Shown here piece by piece: positions 18,456 through 28,453 of a DNA stretch of 64,000 bases. The position numbers were made by a program, and so were the translations under genes. The stretch covers positions 1 to 64,000 of IMG/VR virus record IMGVR_UViG_3300035698_022838, one strand, 5' to 3'. The DNA is from a virus. Below the pieces are notes generated by a model. The model saw only the letters and a list, made by a program, of their open reading frames with translations, was not told the origin of the DNA and searched no databases. Position 1 is the stretch's first letter, and every line of letters starts with the position of its first letter.

Positions 18456-19898
18456 TTATTTATTTTTCATCATGAATTCAACACCAGAACGTGGATTGCC
18501 TTTAGATTTTTTAGGATCATAATCTGGATCAAAACATTTAGTTACCATAAAAATTTCATTTGAATTGATCATTAATTTCAAATGTTTTATTAGTTTTCTA
18601 TTAAATAAGAATGGTGCAGATTTTTTCCCTCTATCAACAACAGAAACATCAATTGGTAATTTTGTACCATTGAAATCAACATTTAATTTAATAATAGGTC
18701 TTTTTTCGGTTATTCTACTATTATTTGCTCCTGGATAAACAACGACCTCTCTTACTAGCTTATTCTTAAATTTCTTATTGCCAATTTTCCAGTATACATA
18801 TCCATTTTTAACTTTAATCTCATCACAGTGTATAGAAGACGTAAGTCCACCATTTCCGCTGTCTAAAAGACCAACAACTTTACCAATACCTTCAATATCA
18901 ATAACTTCTAGGTATCCAGCTTCGGTTAGTGTATATTTCCAATTTTCCTTGTCAATAAGGAAACCTATAATCTTATTAACAATAGGAGAACCTAAAACTT
19001 TAGATATTCCCTCAACACCTGGTGAAGAGTTTACTTCTAAGAGATAAGGTTTTTTGGTTTTTTTATCTATCATTATATCAACACCACACCAAATACATCC
19101 GACTACGCTTGCAGCTTTTATTGCAATATCTTCAATTTCTTTAGAAATCTTGATTTTTGAAACACTTCCACCTAAAGAATAATTCGTTCTAAAATCATCA
19201 CTTCCTGTAGTTCTTTGCATTAAACCGATTATCTTTCCATTTAAAACATGAATTCGTATATCTGAATCAGAATCTATCATTTCCTGAATAATAACCTCAT
19301 TATCAGGATCTAGTTTTTTAAGTGTTTGGTATACTGATTTGAATGAATTTTGTGACTCGACTATAGAAACCCCGATCCCTCTAGATCCATTTAGAAGTTT
19401 CATTATTATTGGAAACTTACCACCTATTTTTTTAACTATTATATCGAGATCAATATCCTCGTTTGATAATAAAACTGTTCTAGGAACTGGAAGTCCTGCC
19501 CTTTCTAGGTATTCTCCACTAATGTATTTATTAGTACAGATTTGCATCGATTTTAAACTATTAACAATAAAATAACCAGAAGCAGTAAGCTCTTCTACTA
19601 TAGCTTCACTATGTACGCTCTTTATCATTCCTGCTCTGAGTAAAATAGCTGATGTTTCTGGATCTATCTTAACTTTCCCATCAGGAGTTATTATGGTATG
19701 TCCGAGGTCACTTTTCTCCATTTCGGATTCAGTAGTATTAACAAAATGGAATCCAATTTTTCTTTTTTTACATTCTTTTGCTAGCGGTTCACTTATACTA
19801 CCCTTAAATTCACCACCACTAAGCATAATTATTTTTACCTTAGGCTGGTTTTCGGATTCATATAAAAACCCCTTGAAATTTAATACTCGATCGGTCAT
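18456..19898 (-). CDS. RimK-family ATP-grasp ligase fused to a retropepsin-like (RimB/'ATP-dependent Zn') protease
   Basis: 'NK......L...GLP.P.T', 'FPII.K...GS.G.GV', 'QE.I', 'DFRTN...GG', 'GVDI', 'LEVNSSPG.EG'; C-terminal 'LDSGN', 'E.RP.I...V', 'DR......L..R'. Confidence 0.88.
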   Translation of the reverse strand: MTDRVLNFKGFLYESENQPKVKIIMLSGGEFKGSISEPLAKECKKRKIGFHFVNTTESEMEKSDLGHTIITPDGKVKIDPETSAILLRAGMIKSVHSEAIVEELTASGYFIVNSLKSMQICTNKYISGEYLERAGLPVPRTVLLSNEDIDLDIIVKKIGGKFPIIMKLLNGSRGIGVSIVESQNSFKSVYQTLKKLDPDNEVIIQEMIDSDSDIRIHVLNGKIIGLMQRTTGSDDFRTNYSLGGSVSKIKISKEIEDIAIKAASVVGCIWCGVDIMIDKKTKKPYLLEVNSSPGVEGISKVLGSPIVNKIIGFLIDKENWKYTLTEAGYLEVIDIEGIGKVVGLLDSGNGGLTSSIHCDEIKVKNGYVYWKIGNKKFKNKLVREVVVYPGANNSRITEKRPIIKLNVDFNGTKLPIDVSVVDRGKKSAPFLFNRKLIKHLKLMINSNEIFMVTKCFDPDYDPKKSKGNPRSGVEFMMKNK

Positions 19899-19930
19899 AT
19901 CGTGTTACGTGAATTATTTTATCTATATAT

Positions 19931-20200
19931 TCACTTACGTTCAGGCATTCCGTATTTTTCGCCCATTTGTGTACAAACCCCCCCAATTTTACGCAACATA
20001 TTCATAGTACCCTCATAATTGTTCTCTGGACTTTCTGTATACCATATATTACCAGCGACTCCTAGCATCACATTTAAAGCTTGCATTGCTGTTCCCATAT
20101 TAAATTCTTCGATCATATCTGGGCGATTTGGGTTCGAGGTTTCTTTTTCCTGATACTCTCTTTCAGTATCAAATGCTTTATAAACTTCTTTTCTTTCCAT
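19931..20200 (-). CDS. Hypothetical protein (possibly all-alpha NTP-PPase-like)
   Basis: 'VY.A.D.ER.YQ...LRKI..V......E.YG.P.R'. Confidence 0.5.
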   Translation of the reverse strand: MERKEVYKAFDTEREYQEKETSNPNRPDMIEEFNMGTAMQALNVMLGVAGNIWYTESPENNYEGTMNMLRKIGGVCTQMGEKYGMPERK

Positions 20201-20208
20201 AATTATTT

Positions 20209-20254
20209 AGTTAATGTATATATCTGTTTTATTCTTTACAAAAAAGGCAATCTA
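20209..20254. repeat. 46-bp exact dispersed repeat, copy 1 (copy 2 at 41345-41390)
   Basis: AGTTAATGTATATATCTGTTTTATTCTTTACAAAAAAGGCAATCTA at both sites. Confidence 0.9.
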
Positions 20255-20784
20255 TTTCTGTTTTCATACTTGATTTCAGCATCGGTTGGTTTTCCAAATC
20301 CCCAGTCGAATATCGATGTAAAGAATATGCTGACCTTTCCCCAAAGAAAAGCCCAAATATCTCTAAATAAATCAGAGAATATCCAATATACTAAAGAAAT
20401 AGGCCAGATAAACCACCAGCGGAATACATTACCTTTAAGATCTTCTATAGCTCTTTCTCGCTTATATTTATATGATGTATGTTCATCAGTCAATGACTTG
20501 GCTCGTTGCTTCTTTGCATATACGTACGTCTTAAACAAAGCATAAACTAATCCAATACCAAAATAAGCTCCAATATTAGCCCATGAAAAATAAGCTAAAA
20601 CATTAAAGTCACCCCAATAATAGTTTACAATACTAAATATTAAGAATCCAAAGAATGCAATAAATCCATTTTCTTTACTCTCTGCTATGAACAGAAACAT
20701 AAAGAAGATAACTACTGACGTGATAAACCACCAGATACTACCCAATAGGATAAATTGTGGTAATAGGTTTAATAAGTTTTCCAT
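20236..20784 (-). CDS. Multi-pass membrane protein
   Basis: 3-4 hydrophobic helices, 'WFIWPISL'. Confidence 0.75.
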   Translation of the reverse strand: MENLLNLLPQFILLGSIWWFITSVVIFFMFLFIAESKENGFIAFFGFLIFSIVNYYWGDFNVLAYFSWANIGAYFGIGLVYALFKTYVYAKKQRAKSLTDEHTSYKYKRERAIEDLKGNVFRWWFIWPISLVYWIFSDLFRDIWAFLWGKVSIFFTSIFDWGFGKPTDAEIKYENRNRLPFL

Positions 20785-20786
20785 AT

Positions 20787-21008
20787 TTATTTTTTTATAA
20801 TATTTTTATGTAATGATTCTATTCTTCTTTTAACTAAATTACTGTTTATAGTTTCGCCACTTTTAAACTTAATTATTAATTCATCAATCCCAATAGATTT
20901 ATCTAGCATAAAACTTTGATAATTATGAGTATTATGCATCATTAAGTATATTAATTCATCACGTTTAATTATCTCTGATTCAAGAAGTTTAATATATTTA
21001 TTATTCAT
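20787..21008 (-). CDS. Hypothetical protein
   Basis: 73-aa ORF. Confidence 0.5.
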   Translation of the reverse strand: MNNKYIKLLESEIIKRDELIYLMMHNTHNYQSFMLDKSIGIDELIIKFKSGETINSNLVKRRIESLHKNIIKK

Positions 21009-21282
21009 TTATTGATACCCTTTCGTGTGTAGTGTGTGTATCTCCACATTTTGTACATCCGCATTTATTCAGATCCATATATTTTTCCTTATCATACATA
21101 TTCTCTATATACGCAACAAGAGTAGTTGTATGTCCAGTTGAACCGCATTTAGGACATGCTTTATGTTCTTTATCATACCAGTCCATAAATTCTTTGTATT
21201 CCTTAGATGGTCCATCTGTACTTTCTACCATTATATACGGAGCATAAATAATACCTTGTTCGTTATTTTTTAATTTGTCCAT
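21001..21282 (-). CDS. Zinc-ribbon hypothetical protein
   Basis: CPKCG...C.KCG; ATG at 21282 (MDKLKNNEQ). Confidence 0.6.
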   Translation of the reverse strand: MDKLKNNEQGIIYAPYIMVESTDGPSKEYKEFMDWYDKEHKACPKCGSTGHTTTLVAYIENMYDKEKYMDLNKCGCTKCGDTHTTHERVSINE

Positions 21283-21283
21283 T

Positions 21284-21448
21284 TTATTTAGTATTTTGTG
21301 GTAGACTTGAAAATACTGATGCAGCAAATGTTGATATAATTAAAATATCGTACCACGCAGTATTTGGATCAATTCCCATTATTTCAATTAGTATTAAAGC
21401 AATTATCATTTTATATAATGATTTGCTTGCCCATATTACAGTATCCAT
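21284..21448 (-). CDS. Small membrane protein (54 aa, not in ORF track)
   Basis: MDTVIWASKSLYKMIIALILIEIMGIDPNTAWYDILIISTFAASVFSSLPQNTK*; ATG overlaps upstream TAA. Confidence 0.6.
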   Translation of the reverse strand: MDTVIWASKSLYKMIIALILIEIMGIDPNTAWYDILIISTFAASVFSSLPQNTK

Positions 21449-21711
21449 TATTTTAATAGGTTTTGTATTTCTATAGCTTCTCTAATCTTTCTTAGTTCTT
21501 TGCACTTCTCATATTCTTCTTCCAATACAAAGAAATCAATAAGTTCCTGTATTCGTTCAAACTTAAAAGCATGACTAAAATACGGATCTACCATAAAACT
21601 TCTTTTTTCTTTAAGAATCATATTATAGGTTTCAGTTAGAAGTTTTTTATAATCCTCATAATCCTCACCATAAATGTCTTCGTACTCGTATTGTTGTTTA
21701 GTGTTTTCCAT
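21448..21711 (-). CDS. Small protein with UVR (UvrB/C)-like coiled-coil motif
   Basis: 'LIDFFVLEEEYEKCKELRKI'. Confidence 0.55.
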   Translation of the reverse strand: MENTKQQYEYEDIYGEDYEDYKKLLTETYNMILKEKRSFMVDPYFSHAFKFERIQELIDFFVLEEEYEKCKELRKIREAIEIQNLLK

Positions 21712-21877
21712 TTATTTTCTTATGTAAATCTTCTAAATATTGCATTGAAATATCTGATCCTATAAGAGCATCGGGCTTATATAAATAAACCCGAAGAAAT
21801 TCCTTATCGTCATTGTATGATTCTCTTATTAATTTTAGTTTTTCAAGTTCAGGAATATATTTCTTATTAAAGCTCAT
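21698..21877 (-). CDS. Small hypothetical protein (59 aa, not in ORF track)
   Basis: MSFNKKYIPELEKLKLIRESYNDDKEFLRVYLYKPDALIGSDISMQYLEDLHKKINGKH*; ATG overlaps the PolB-C stop. Confidence 0.6.
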   Translation of the reverse strand: MSFNKKYIPELEKLKLIRESYNDDKEFLRVYLYKPDALIGSDISMQYLEDLHKKINGKH

Positions 21878-23019
21878 TAAAATAATATGTTTAACATAAA
21901 TAGGTTTGGACTAATTGGATTATGACCCATTACGACGATAAAGCGATTTATAGGATCCAATATGGTCTTAGTAAATTGCATATCAAAGTCAATTGGTGGA
22001 GCAAATTCATAAGGGAATTTACCTTGTGGATATGCAAAAACATTATTATCTTTGATGCTTTTTGTTTTAACAAAATAATATCTAACTTTGTTTCCACTAC
22101 CTATAAGTGGATATTTATCTTTATATTGTGAACCATTCAATAAAAAATTATGATATCCAGCAGCTCGTACATGTATAGGACAACCTTTACCAACTTCCAA
22201 TGCTGTAGTGTCGTTAACAATACCTTTCTCATAATTATTAAGACCTATTGCTGCAGCTATATTTTCAGGTTCTTGTGCTTTGAAATCGCGTTTGATGATC
22301 TTTAACTCCTGTACAAATTCACGAAGCTGAAATCCTCTACCCTTTTCGAAAATAAATTTAGTAAGATATAATAATTTTTCTCTTACGAAAGATGGTGTTC
22401 CACCTTTGATCATCTCAACCCCAGTGGTCTTAATTGCTGTTAATGGATCACTATGTACACCATCAGAATAAACTATGTTGGTTACATATTTCTTTTTACC
22501 TAAAAAGATTCCATTTATAGAAAGTGTTTCTAGTTCAAAATCTTGATAATTATCGGTTCCCCATTTTTCAGCATAAATATCAAAACATTTCTTTAGATAT
22601 CCAACTAATCTATGTTCATTTATCTGTAGAATTAATTCCTTAGGATCTCCTTCCCAATCACACGAAGCGACAACATCTTGAAAAGTAATATAATTAGAAT
22701 CAGTATCACCGTAAACAACCATTGGTTTATGGATTATACCAACTTTAGTTAACCCAAGTATATCATGTAATTCTTTATCTTTATGCCAGAATTCATGGAA
22801 GTATTTATGTAAAAGCTTCTCTGAATGCTTTATTAAATCCTGACCTTGTAGAGTAACCGCTTCAGCAACTGCAGGATTGAAACAAACAAACCAATTATTC
22901 CCTACCGCTCCATAGATAGAATTCATGGTTAGTTTAATTGCTTGCTCCTCATTCTTTAGTTCATTCTTTATAGCAGTTAAATCTTCTATTTTCTTTTTTA
23001 GTTCTTCCTTTTCTGTCAT
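21877..23019 (-). CDS. Family B DNA polymerase, C-terminal subunit (fingers helix P, palm, thumb; gp43B-like)
   Basis: Motif B 'EQAIKLTMNSIYGA', motif C 'YGDTDS', 'KKKY', 'GVE', 'PIHVRAA..HN'; hydrophobic clamp-binding-type tail 'LNILF'. Confidence 0.95.
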   Translation of the reverse strand: MTEKEELKKKIEDLTAIKNELKNEEQAIKLTMNSIYGAVGNNWFVCFNPAVAEAVTLQGQDLIKHSEKLLHKYFHEFWHKDKELHDILGLTKVGIIHKPMVVYGDTDSNYITFQDVVASCDWEGDPKELILQINEHRLVGYLKKCFDIYAEKWGTDNYQDFELETLSINGIFLGKKKYVTNIVYSDGVHSDPLTAIKTTGVEMIKGGTPSFVREKLLYLTKFIFEKGRGFQLREFVQELKIIKRDFKAQEPENIAAAIGLNNYEKGIVNDTTALEVGKGCPIHVRAAGYHNFLLNGSQYKDKYPLIGSGNKVRYYFVKTKSIKDNNVFAYPQGKFPYEFAPPIDFDMQFTKTILDPINRFIVVMGHNPISPNLFMLNILF

Positions 23020-23020
23020 G

Positions 23021-23782
23021 TTATTCCTCTATTACTCCAACTGCGGTAGAAGTCTCACTTTGTTCAGAGAAGAATATAATCCTATTCTCGTGGATATAAC
23101 AATCACTAGATTCGCTATCTACATAATTAAGATGTGATTTATAAATGGATACATCCATATCTGAGCTTGTAGTTATTTCATTACTATTTATATTCAGTTT
23201 ATAATCAAAAGAATCCCCAGTTATTCTTACATCTTTTGAATTTATTCTACAAACCAATAGTTCTTCCGAGTTGGTTTCAAGCCCACATAGCGACACCACT
23301 GCAGCAAAGTCTGAATTGTAAATCTTGAATTTACCCATTGGTGCTTCTTTTGAATGCACTATTTTAAGAACCTCATCATCAACATATGACAACAACGAAA
23401 GGTCTGCACAACGAATTCGAATTTTTAGTGAATTTGAAATCACCTTTAATTCAGAAGTAATAGTTCCATCCTCGCCCTCATATAATTTAAGATCTAAGAA
23501 AATCTCTTCTTCTGTTCTAAAATGTTTAAAACAATCAATAAATTTACCTATGTCCATTAGACCTATCTTGATTCTATCCCCGTGGATATCATCTATTCCT
23601 TTTATTTCATCGAATATTTCCGAAATATTTATTGAAGCATACTTCATAACGGATTTATCTGGCGTATGAACCTTTGAAAAAAGTTTATTTTTAGTAAGTT
23701 CTAATAATACGCTTCGATCAACAACTTTTAGCTTTTTTAAAAAAGCAATCAGATTTGTGGTGCTTGTTACTCTAATTTTCAT
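23021..23782 (-). CDS. Putative sliding clamp (gp45-like)
   Basis: 253 aa, two-domain alpha/beta pattern, directly upstream of the polymerase subunit; no diagnostic catalytic motif. Confidence 0.6.
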   Translation of the reverse strand: MKIRVTSTTNLIAFLKKLKVVDRSVLLELTKNKLFSKVHTPDKSVMKYASINISEIFDEIKGIDDIHGDRIKIGLMDIGKFIDCFKHFRTEEEIFLDLKLYEGEDGTITSELKVISNSLKIRIRCADLSLLSYVDDEVLKIVHSKEAPMGKFKIYNSDFAAVVSLCGLETNSEELLVCRINSKDVRITGDSFDYKLNINSNEITTSSDMDVSIYKSHLNYVDSESSDCYIHENRIIFFSEQSETSTAVGVIEE

Positions 23783-23855
23783 TTATTCTATTTTTCTGTC
23801 TTTATTCTTCTATTGTAAAACACTAAATTGTTTTCGGTTAAGTTGAATAAATAAT

Positions 23856-25250
23856 TTATATTTCGTCTTCTATTAATTCGTTATCCTCGTCCTCGTCCTC
23901 TACCTCAAATATCTCAACCTCAGAATCTATGATTATCGGTCTCTCTGATATGGATCTAGGTATAAGAGAGGCTGCTTTGTTTTTCTTTAGAGCAGTAGTA
24001 ACTTTCTTAACTACTTTTTCCTGCTTAGTGATCAATTTTTTGTTTTTGATCATCTCAAGTTTTACTGTCTTTATCTCAGCTTGAGTTTCTTTTATGTATT
24101 CAGGAGATAGTTTTACTATCTCAATCTTAGAAAGTTTCTGCCCGATCCATTTTTTAAACCCACTAATGAAGCTAATGATCTCTGCATTCTTTCTCTTTTT
24201 CTCCCTCATGAAAATAAGAAACTTTAATTTTGCTTCTAAAAATTCAAGGTCCAATGAAAGATTTGATGCATCCTTCATAAGTCTCCTAAGTTTAACATTT
24301 TCTAAATGCACTTTAAATGAATCAAGATACTCCTTAACAGAATCGAACTGAGCTACTATTCCATCCTTTATAAAAACTACATCCTCTTTTACTGCAATTT
24401 GTGTTTGTTTTTTTATCAATGCAACAGCATCTTTAAAATCTTTATCACTAAGTTTTCTTAGCGATACTGTTATATCACATTTACTTTGTGAGCTATCTGT
24501 CAAATGTGCATTATAATCATTAATTTCAAGCTTAATTAAAAGCTTTTTCATGAATGATTCATATTTCATAACTGGAGGAAGATCAAAGATTCTTATAGTT
24601 TTCTTTTTAGCATCAACAGTAAATCCACTTTCAAAAAGCCAAACATTATCAGACTGATCAAATTTATAGATTTTACCATCGAAATCCCTAAAGTATGGTT
24701 TTAATAGTTTATTCTTACCATCTAAATATTCAATGATATCCTCAAACTTTCTAGGTAAGATATTAGTCCTGTAACCAACTGCAATACCAATTATATGGGT
24801 TAACAAGCCAATTGGGAGCTCAAGGTGTAACCAATCATGACCTCCTTCCTCATTCTTCTCATTTAGATCTGCATGTTTCTGGACTATATTTCTAACTGTT
24901 GAATTTATACGAACTGATGTGTATCTCGGAGCTGATGGGTTTGGATTTACTGGTGACCCAAAGAATCCATCACCATCTAATATATGCGCAGAACAACCAA
25001 ATGGCCTAGCTAGTTTGGATATTGCTCCAGCTAATGATGAATCACCATGATGATAAAGACCTGTCCTTATTACTTCACCAACAATACCTACAGTTTTCTG
25101 ATATGAATTTGGTGCATTCTCGAGAATTATCCTTTGTACTGGGGTAAGGGAATCATAGAAATTTGGAATCCCCCTGGACTGTAACACATACAGAGCATAG
25201 TCTCTGTATTTATTATTTATCTGATTTGTTATACTTAAAACTTTTTCCAC
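23856..25250 (-). CDS. Type IIA topoisomerase, DNA breakage/reunion subunit (gp52/GyrA-like)
   Basis: 'R.IP...D.LTPVQR', 'YHHGDSSL', 'G.FGS', catalytic 'APRYT', 'GIAVGY.T.I.P'. Confidence 0.95.
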   Translation of the reverse strand: MEKVLSITNQINNKYRDYALYVLQSRGIPNFYDSLTPVQRIILENAPNSYQKTVGIVGEVIRTGLYHHGDSSLAGAISKLARPFGCSAHILDGDGFFGSPVNPNPSAPRYTSVRINSTVRNIVQKHADLNEKNEEGGHDWLHLELPIGLLTHIIGIAVGYRTNILPRKFEDIIEYLDGKNKLLKPYFRDFDGKIYKFDQSDNVWLFESGFTVDAKKKTIRIFDLPPVMKYESFMKKLLIKLEINDYNAHLTDSSQSKCDITVSLRKLSDKDFKDAVALIKKQTQIAVKEDVVFIKDGIVAQFDSVKEYLDSFKVHLENVKLRRLMKDASNLSLDLEFLEAKLKFLIFMREKKRKNAEIISFISGFKKWIGQKLSKIEIVKLSPEYIKETQAEIKTVKLEMIKNKKLITKQEKVVKKVTTALKKNKAASLIPRSISERPIIIDSEVEIFEVEDEDEDNELIEDEI

Positions 25251-25306
25251 ATAATTATTTTTGTCTATAAATTCTATAGCATTATGTGATAAAAGGTTTC
25301 TATAAT

Positions 25307-26404
25307 TTAATCATTTTCAAGCTCTGATATATCTGAAACATTGATTAAAGCTAGTTTAATATCTTGTTGTCCTGCGCGTTTTAATTTTGTTAATACTTCT
25401 TCGAGTCCACTAGCACGACTAAATACTAAACAGCCACCAGAGAAAGAATTAACTAGATCTGTTTTCCCGTATTTTTTAGCTCTGTGAATATTAATTCCAT
25501 AATCACCTACTCCTCCATTACCTGGTGAAAATGTATCGAAATTACAATCTTTTGGATCTGCTACTGGTTGGTATCTATCAACTTTAACTGGACCAGCTTC
25601 AACTATAGCAGTATATTTCTTATGCTGCCCTATTTTATAATCATAAACACCAGGCTGTAAAATAGCTAATCCATTTTTATTTATATTTCTAGCTGCTCCA
25701 CTTGCAATATACCAATTTCTAAATGCTATAGGTAAATATATTAAACCAGGAACAGTAGTTCCTTTATATTTATAAACTTTTTTATTCTTTTTTGGTGACA
25801 TTAAAACGAATAAATCTATGAAATGGTTTGGTGATTTTCTCTTGTTTTCTAACGTATTCCTAATTGCAATAAAGTTATATTTACTCCAATCCATTTTCTG
25901 TGCATAATTAAGATTTTCTAAAGCTTTATATAAAACTTTCCATGTTATTTCATCGGTTTTCTGGAACTTAAAAGGTGAACTATTTGGCAACATTCTCCAA
26001 TCTGGTTTGATTGCTGCTTTTGTTGAACCACTACTAAATCTATTGAATAATGCTAGGTTAGATTTTAGTTTATCTTCGCCTCCACTAGTACTCTTAATAC
26101 CAGATTCTATCTCTTCAACACTATCTGGAGAATCAGTAAACATTATTCCTCCTGCTACTAAGCCAGCTATTAAAGTCGGATCTTTCAACAAAGTTTCTTT
26201 TAAGCCTTTTCCTGCCTCAGTAGCAAGAAAAAGATCCAAACCAGTGATCCCATCTATGCCATTACTTTTATCTTTTTTTTCTAGTTCATCATTTATTACT
26301 TTAGAATTCGCAAGAGCTTTTGCAACTACATCAGGTACAACCTTTGCTGCTTGTTCTTCATTTAGTACATTTTCTCTGAAGTTATTAAAATTTAGAATAT
26401 CCAT
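25307..26404 (-). CDS. Putative peptidoglycan-acting protein (YkuD/L,D-peptidase-like His-Cys motif), CTS-like N-terminus
   Basis: 'T.PG', 'G.A.LQPG.Y...IG.HK.Y.A', 'GINIHRA.......VNSFSGGCLVF'; starts MDILNFNNFRENVLNE. Confidence 0.55.
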   Translation of the reverse strand: MDILNFNNFRENVLNEEQAAKVVPDVVAKALANSKVINDELEKKDKSNGIDGITGLDLFLATEAGKGLKETLLKDPTLIAGLVAGGIMFTDSPDSVEEIESGIKSTSGGEDKLKSNLALFNRFSSGSTKAAIKPDWRMLPNSSPFKFQKTDEITWKVLYKALENLNYAQKMDWSKYNFIAIRNTLENKRKSPNHFIDLFVLMSPKKNKKVYKYKGTTVPGLIYLPIAFRNWYIASGAARNINKNGLAILQPGVYDYKIGQHKKYTAIVEAGPVKVDRYQPVADPKDCNFDTFSPGNGGVGDYGINIHRAKKYGKTDLVNSFSGGCLVFSRASGLEEVLTKLKRAGQQDIKLALINVSDISELEND

Positions 26405-26451
26405 TTAATCAATTATTTTACCCTATATTTATCTAACTTTAATAATGCTTT

Positions 26452-26787
26452 TTAATCCTTACGACTAAAGTATATTAATAGTGAATTTATAATAACAGAA
26501 ACTCCGCTATTTAATGTGCCATAAAAGAAAAGGACAAGTATATCGATAAAAAATGAATTACCAATCTTCATATTAAAAAGCTCACAAATTGGGTTTATAG
26601 TGATATTGAATACCGACAATAGCCCTAATAAAACCCCAACCCAAAAACCACTACATTGCATACACGTCATTAAATTCGATAATTTGGGTAATTTAACGAT
26701 TGTATAGTTTCTTAATGAATTAAATATGATGCCATTAACTAAGATTGATGTAATTGACCATCCAATTAGAAGAAAAATAATTATCAT
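26452..26787 (-). CDS. Membrane protein (DUF1360-like)
   Basis: 'IFN.LR......L..L..C..C.GFWVG' with TM helices. Confidence 0.65.
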   Translation of the reverse strand: MIIIFLLIGWSITSILVNGIIFNSLRNYTIVKLPKLSNLMTCMQCSGFWVGVLLGLLSVFNITINPICELFNMKIGNSFFIDILVLFFYGTLNSGVSVIINSLLIYFSRKD

Positions 26788-27809
26788 TGAAATAGTTTAT
26801 TGTATTTTTTCAAGAATTCTAATTGTTCATTATTAAGTTCCTTTGGTGTTTTGATCTTAACCCGAACTAGAATATCACCATAAAACGAGGTACCAAATTC
26901 AGCCATACCCTTTCCGCTAAGTCTAAATATTTTACCTGCATCAGTTCCAGGAGGAATGCTTATTTTATATTCACCACCTGATGTTAAATTTGGTATATTA
27001 ATTGTTGTGCCTAAACAAGCATCACCAAAACTTATCTCTGCTTCACATATTAGATTTATTCCATCTCTTATGAAAAAATCATGCTTTTTATCAAAAATAC
27101 CAACGATTAAATCACCAAGATCTGATGGAGCTTTTGCCATATCTCCCTTATTAGGTACACTAAATCTTATACCAGTAACAGAACCTCTTGGTATATTTAT
27201 TTCTAATGTATCTATTTCTCTTACCGTACCATTACCATGACACACCATACAATTAGATTCTGGTATATTACCTGTACCTTGACAATCTATACAATGTTCC
27301 TCCATTACCATTTGCCCAAGTCCAGTGTTTATAGCAGATCTTTTAACTCCTAGGCCTCCACAAGATACACATTGCTTAATCTTTGCTTCGTACGCTCCAG
27401 TACCCTCACAAGAAGAACATTGCATTCTGCGGTATACATTAATTTTTTTCGTAACCCCATTTATAGCATCTTCCAATGATATTTCTATTTTAGCATTGAT
27501 ATTTTTACCTTTTTGGACAACATTCCTCTCACGGTATACTCTGCTACCAAATCCACTATTAGCGAATGGATCGAATCCTCCGCCAAAACCACCGCCAAAA
27601 GGATGGGGGTTATCGTATTTTTGACGACTTTCAGGAGTTCCTATTGATTCATATGCCTTAGCAATATCTTTGAATCTTTCCTCTGCCTTTTTATCATCTG
27701 GATTTTTATCAGGATGATGTTTTATAGCTAGTTTTCTGTATGCTTTTTTTATATCTTCCTGTGTAGCATCTCGTTTAACACCAAGTAGCACATAAGCATC
27801 TTGTTCCAT
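26784..27809 (-). CDS. dnaJ: Molecular chaperone DnaJ
   Basis: J-domain with HPD, G/F linker, four CxxCxGxG repeats, C-terminal domain. Confidence 0.96.
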   Translation of the reverse strand: MEQDAYVLLGVKRDATQEDIKKAYRKLAIKHHPDKNPDDKKAEERFKDIAKAYESIGTPESRQKYDNPHPFGGGFGGGFDPFANSGFGSRVYRERNVVQKGKNINAKIEISLEDAINGVTKKINVYRRMQCSSCEGTGAYEAKIKQCVSCGGLGVKRSAINTGLGQMVMEEHCIDCQGTGNIPESNCMVCHGNGTVREIDTLEINIPRGSVTGIRFSVPNKGDMAKAPSDLGDLIVGIFDKKHDFFIRDGINLICEAEISFGDACLGTTINIPNLTSGGEYKISIPPGTDAGKIFRLSGKGMAEFGTSFYGDILVRVKIKTPKELNNEQLEFLKKYNKLFQ

Positions 27810-27869
27810 AAATATTTATTTAATTATGCAGCTAATATAAGATTATTTTCGTAGTAAAAAAATATATTC

Positions 27870-28205
27870 TTAAAATGATGATTTAAGCCATTCTCTTAAT
27901 AAAGTTCCATCTACTGGCTTTTTTTCTATTGTTGCTAGTTTATTTATTAATGATTCTTTAAGTATAACTATTTCAGCACACTTTTCATAAACCTCTTCTG
28001 TAACCCAATATTCAGTCATTCGATCACAAAAAACATTTATTTTTTCCTCGTTATTAAAAATATAGATAAACGTTTCATTTTGTGATCTTAATGCTTTTAA
28101 AAACAAATCCTGTATAGAACGCTCTACATGTTTCTTTAAAATATCTGCTTGTGGATGTTCAGTATATTCAGTTCTCCAATCACCAAAGTAATTATTATTT
28201 TGCAT
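27870..28205 (-). CDS. Hypothetical protein with UVR-like motif
   Basis: 'YWVTEEVYEKCAEI'. Confidence 0.55.
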   Translation of the reverse strand: MQNNNYFGDWRTEYTEHPQADILKKHVERSIQDLFLKALRSQNETFIYIFNNEEKINVFCDRMTEYWVTEEVYEKCAEIVILKESLINKLATIEKKPVDGTLLREWLKSSF

Positions 28206-28453
28206 TATATTCTATTTAAAAATTCATAGATGGCATTGTAATTCTCGTCCTTACCTAGGTCATCTATACTATAGCCAAATTTATCCATCGTAAACTCAAA
28301 ATGTTCCTTACCAAATAATGAAGTTAATGCATCATTTCTAACTATTGCATTAATCTCGTCATCAGCTTTGTATTTTACACCATCCTCTTGGTTTAAAAGG
28401 CTATTCTCAAAGTTTTTGAATTCTTTGTAGTCTTCTTCGTTCAATGTCTTCAT
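28205..28453 (-). CDS. Hypothetical protein
   Basis: 82-aa ORF. Confidence 0.55.
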   Translation of the reverse strand: MKTLNEEDYKEFKNFENSLLNQEDGVKYKADDEINAIVRNDALTSLFGKEHFEFTMDKFGYSIDDLGKDENYNAIYEFLNRI

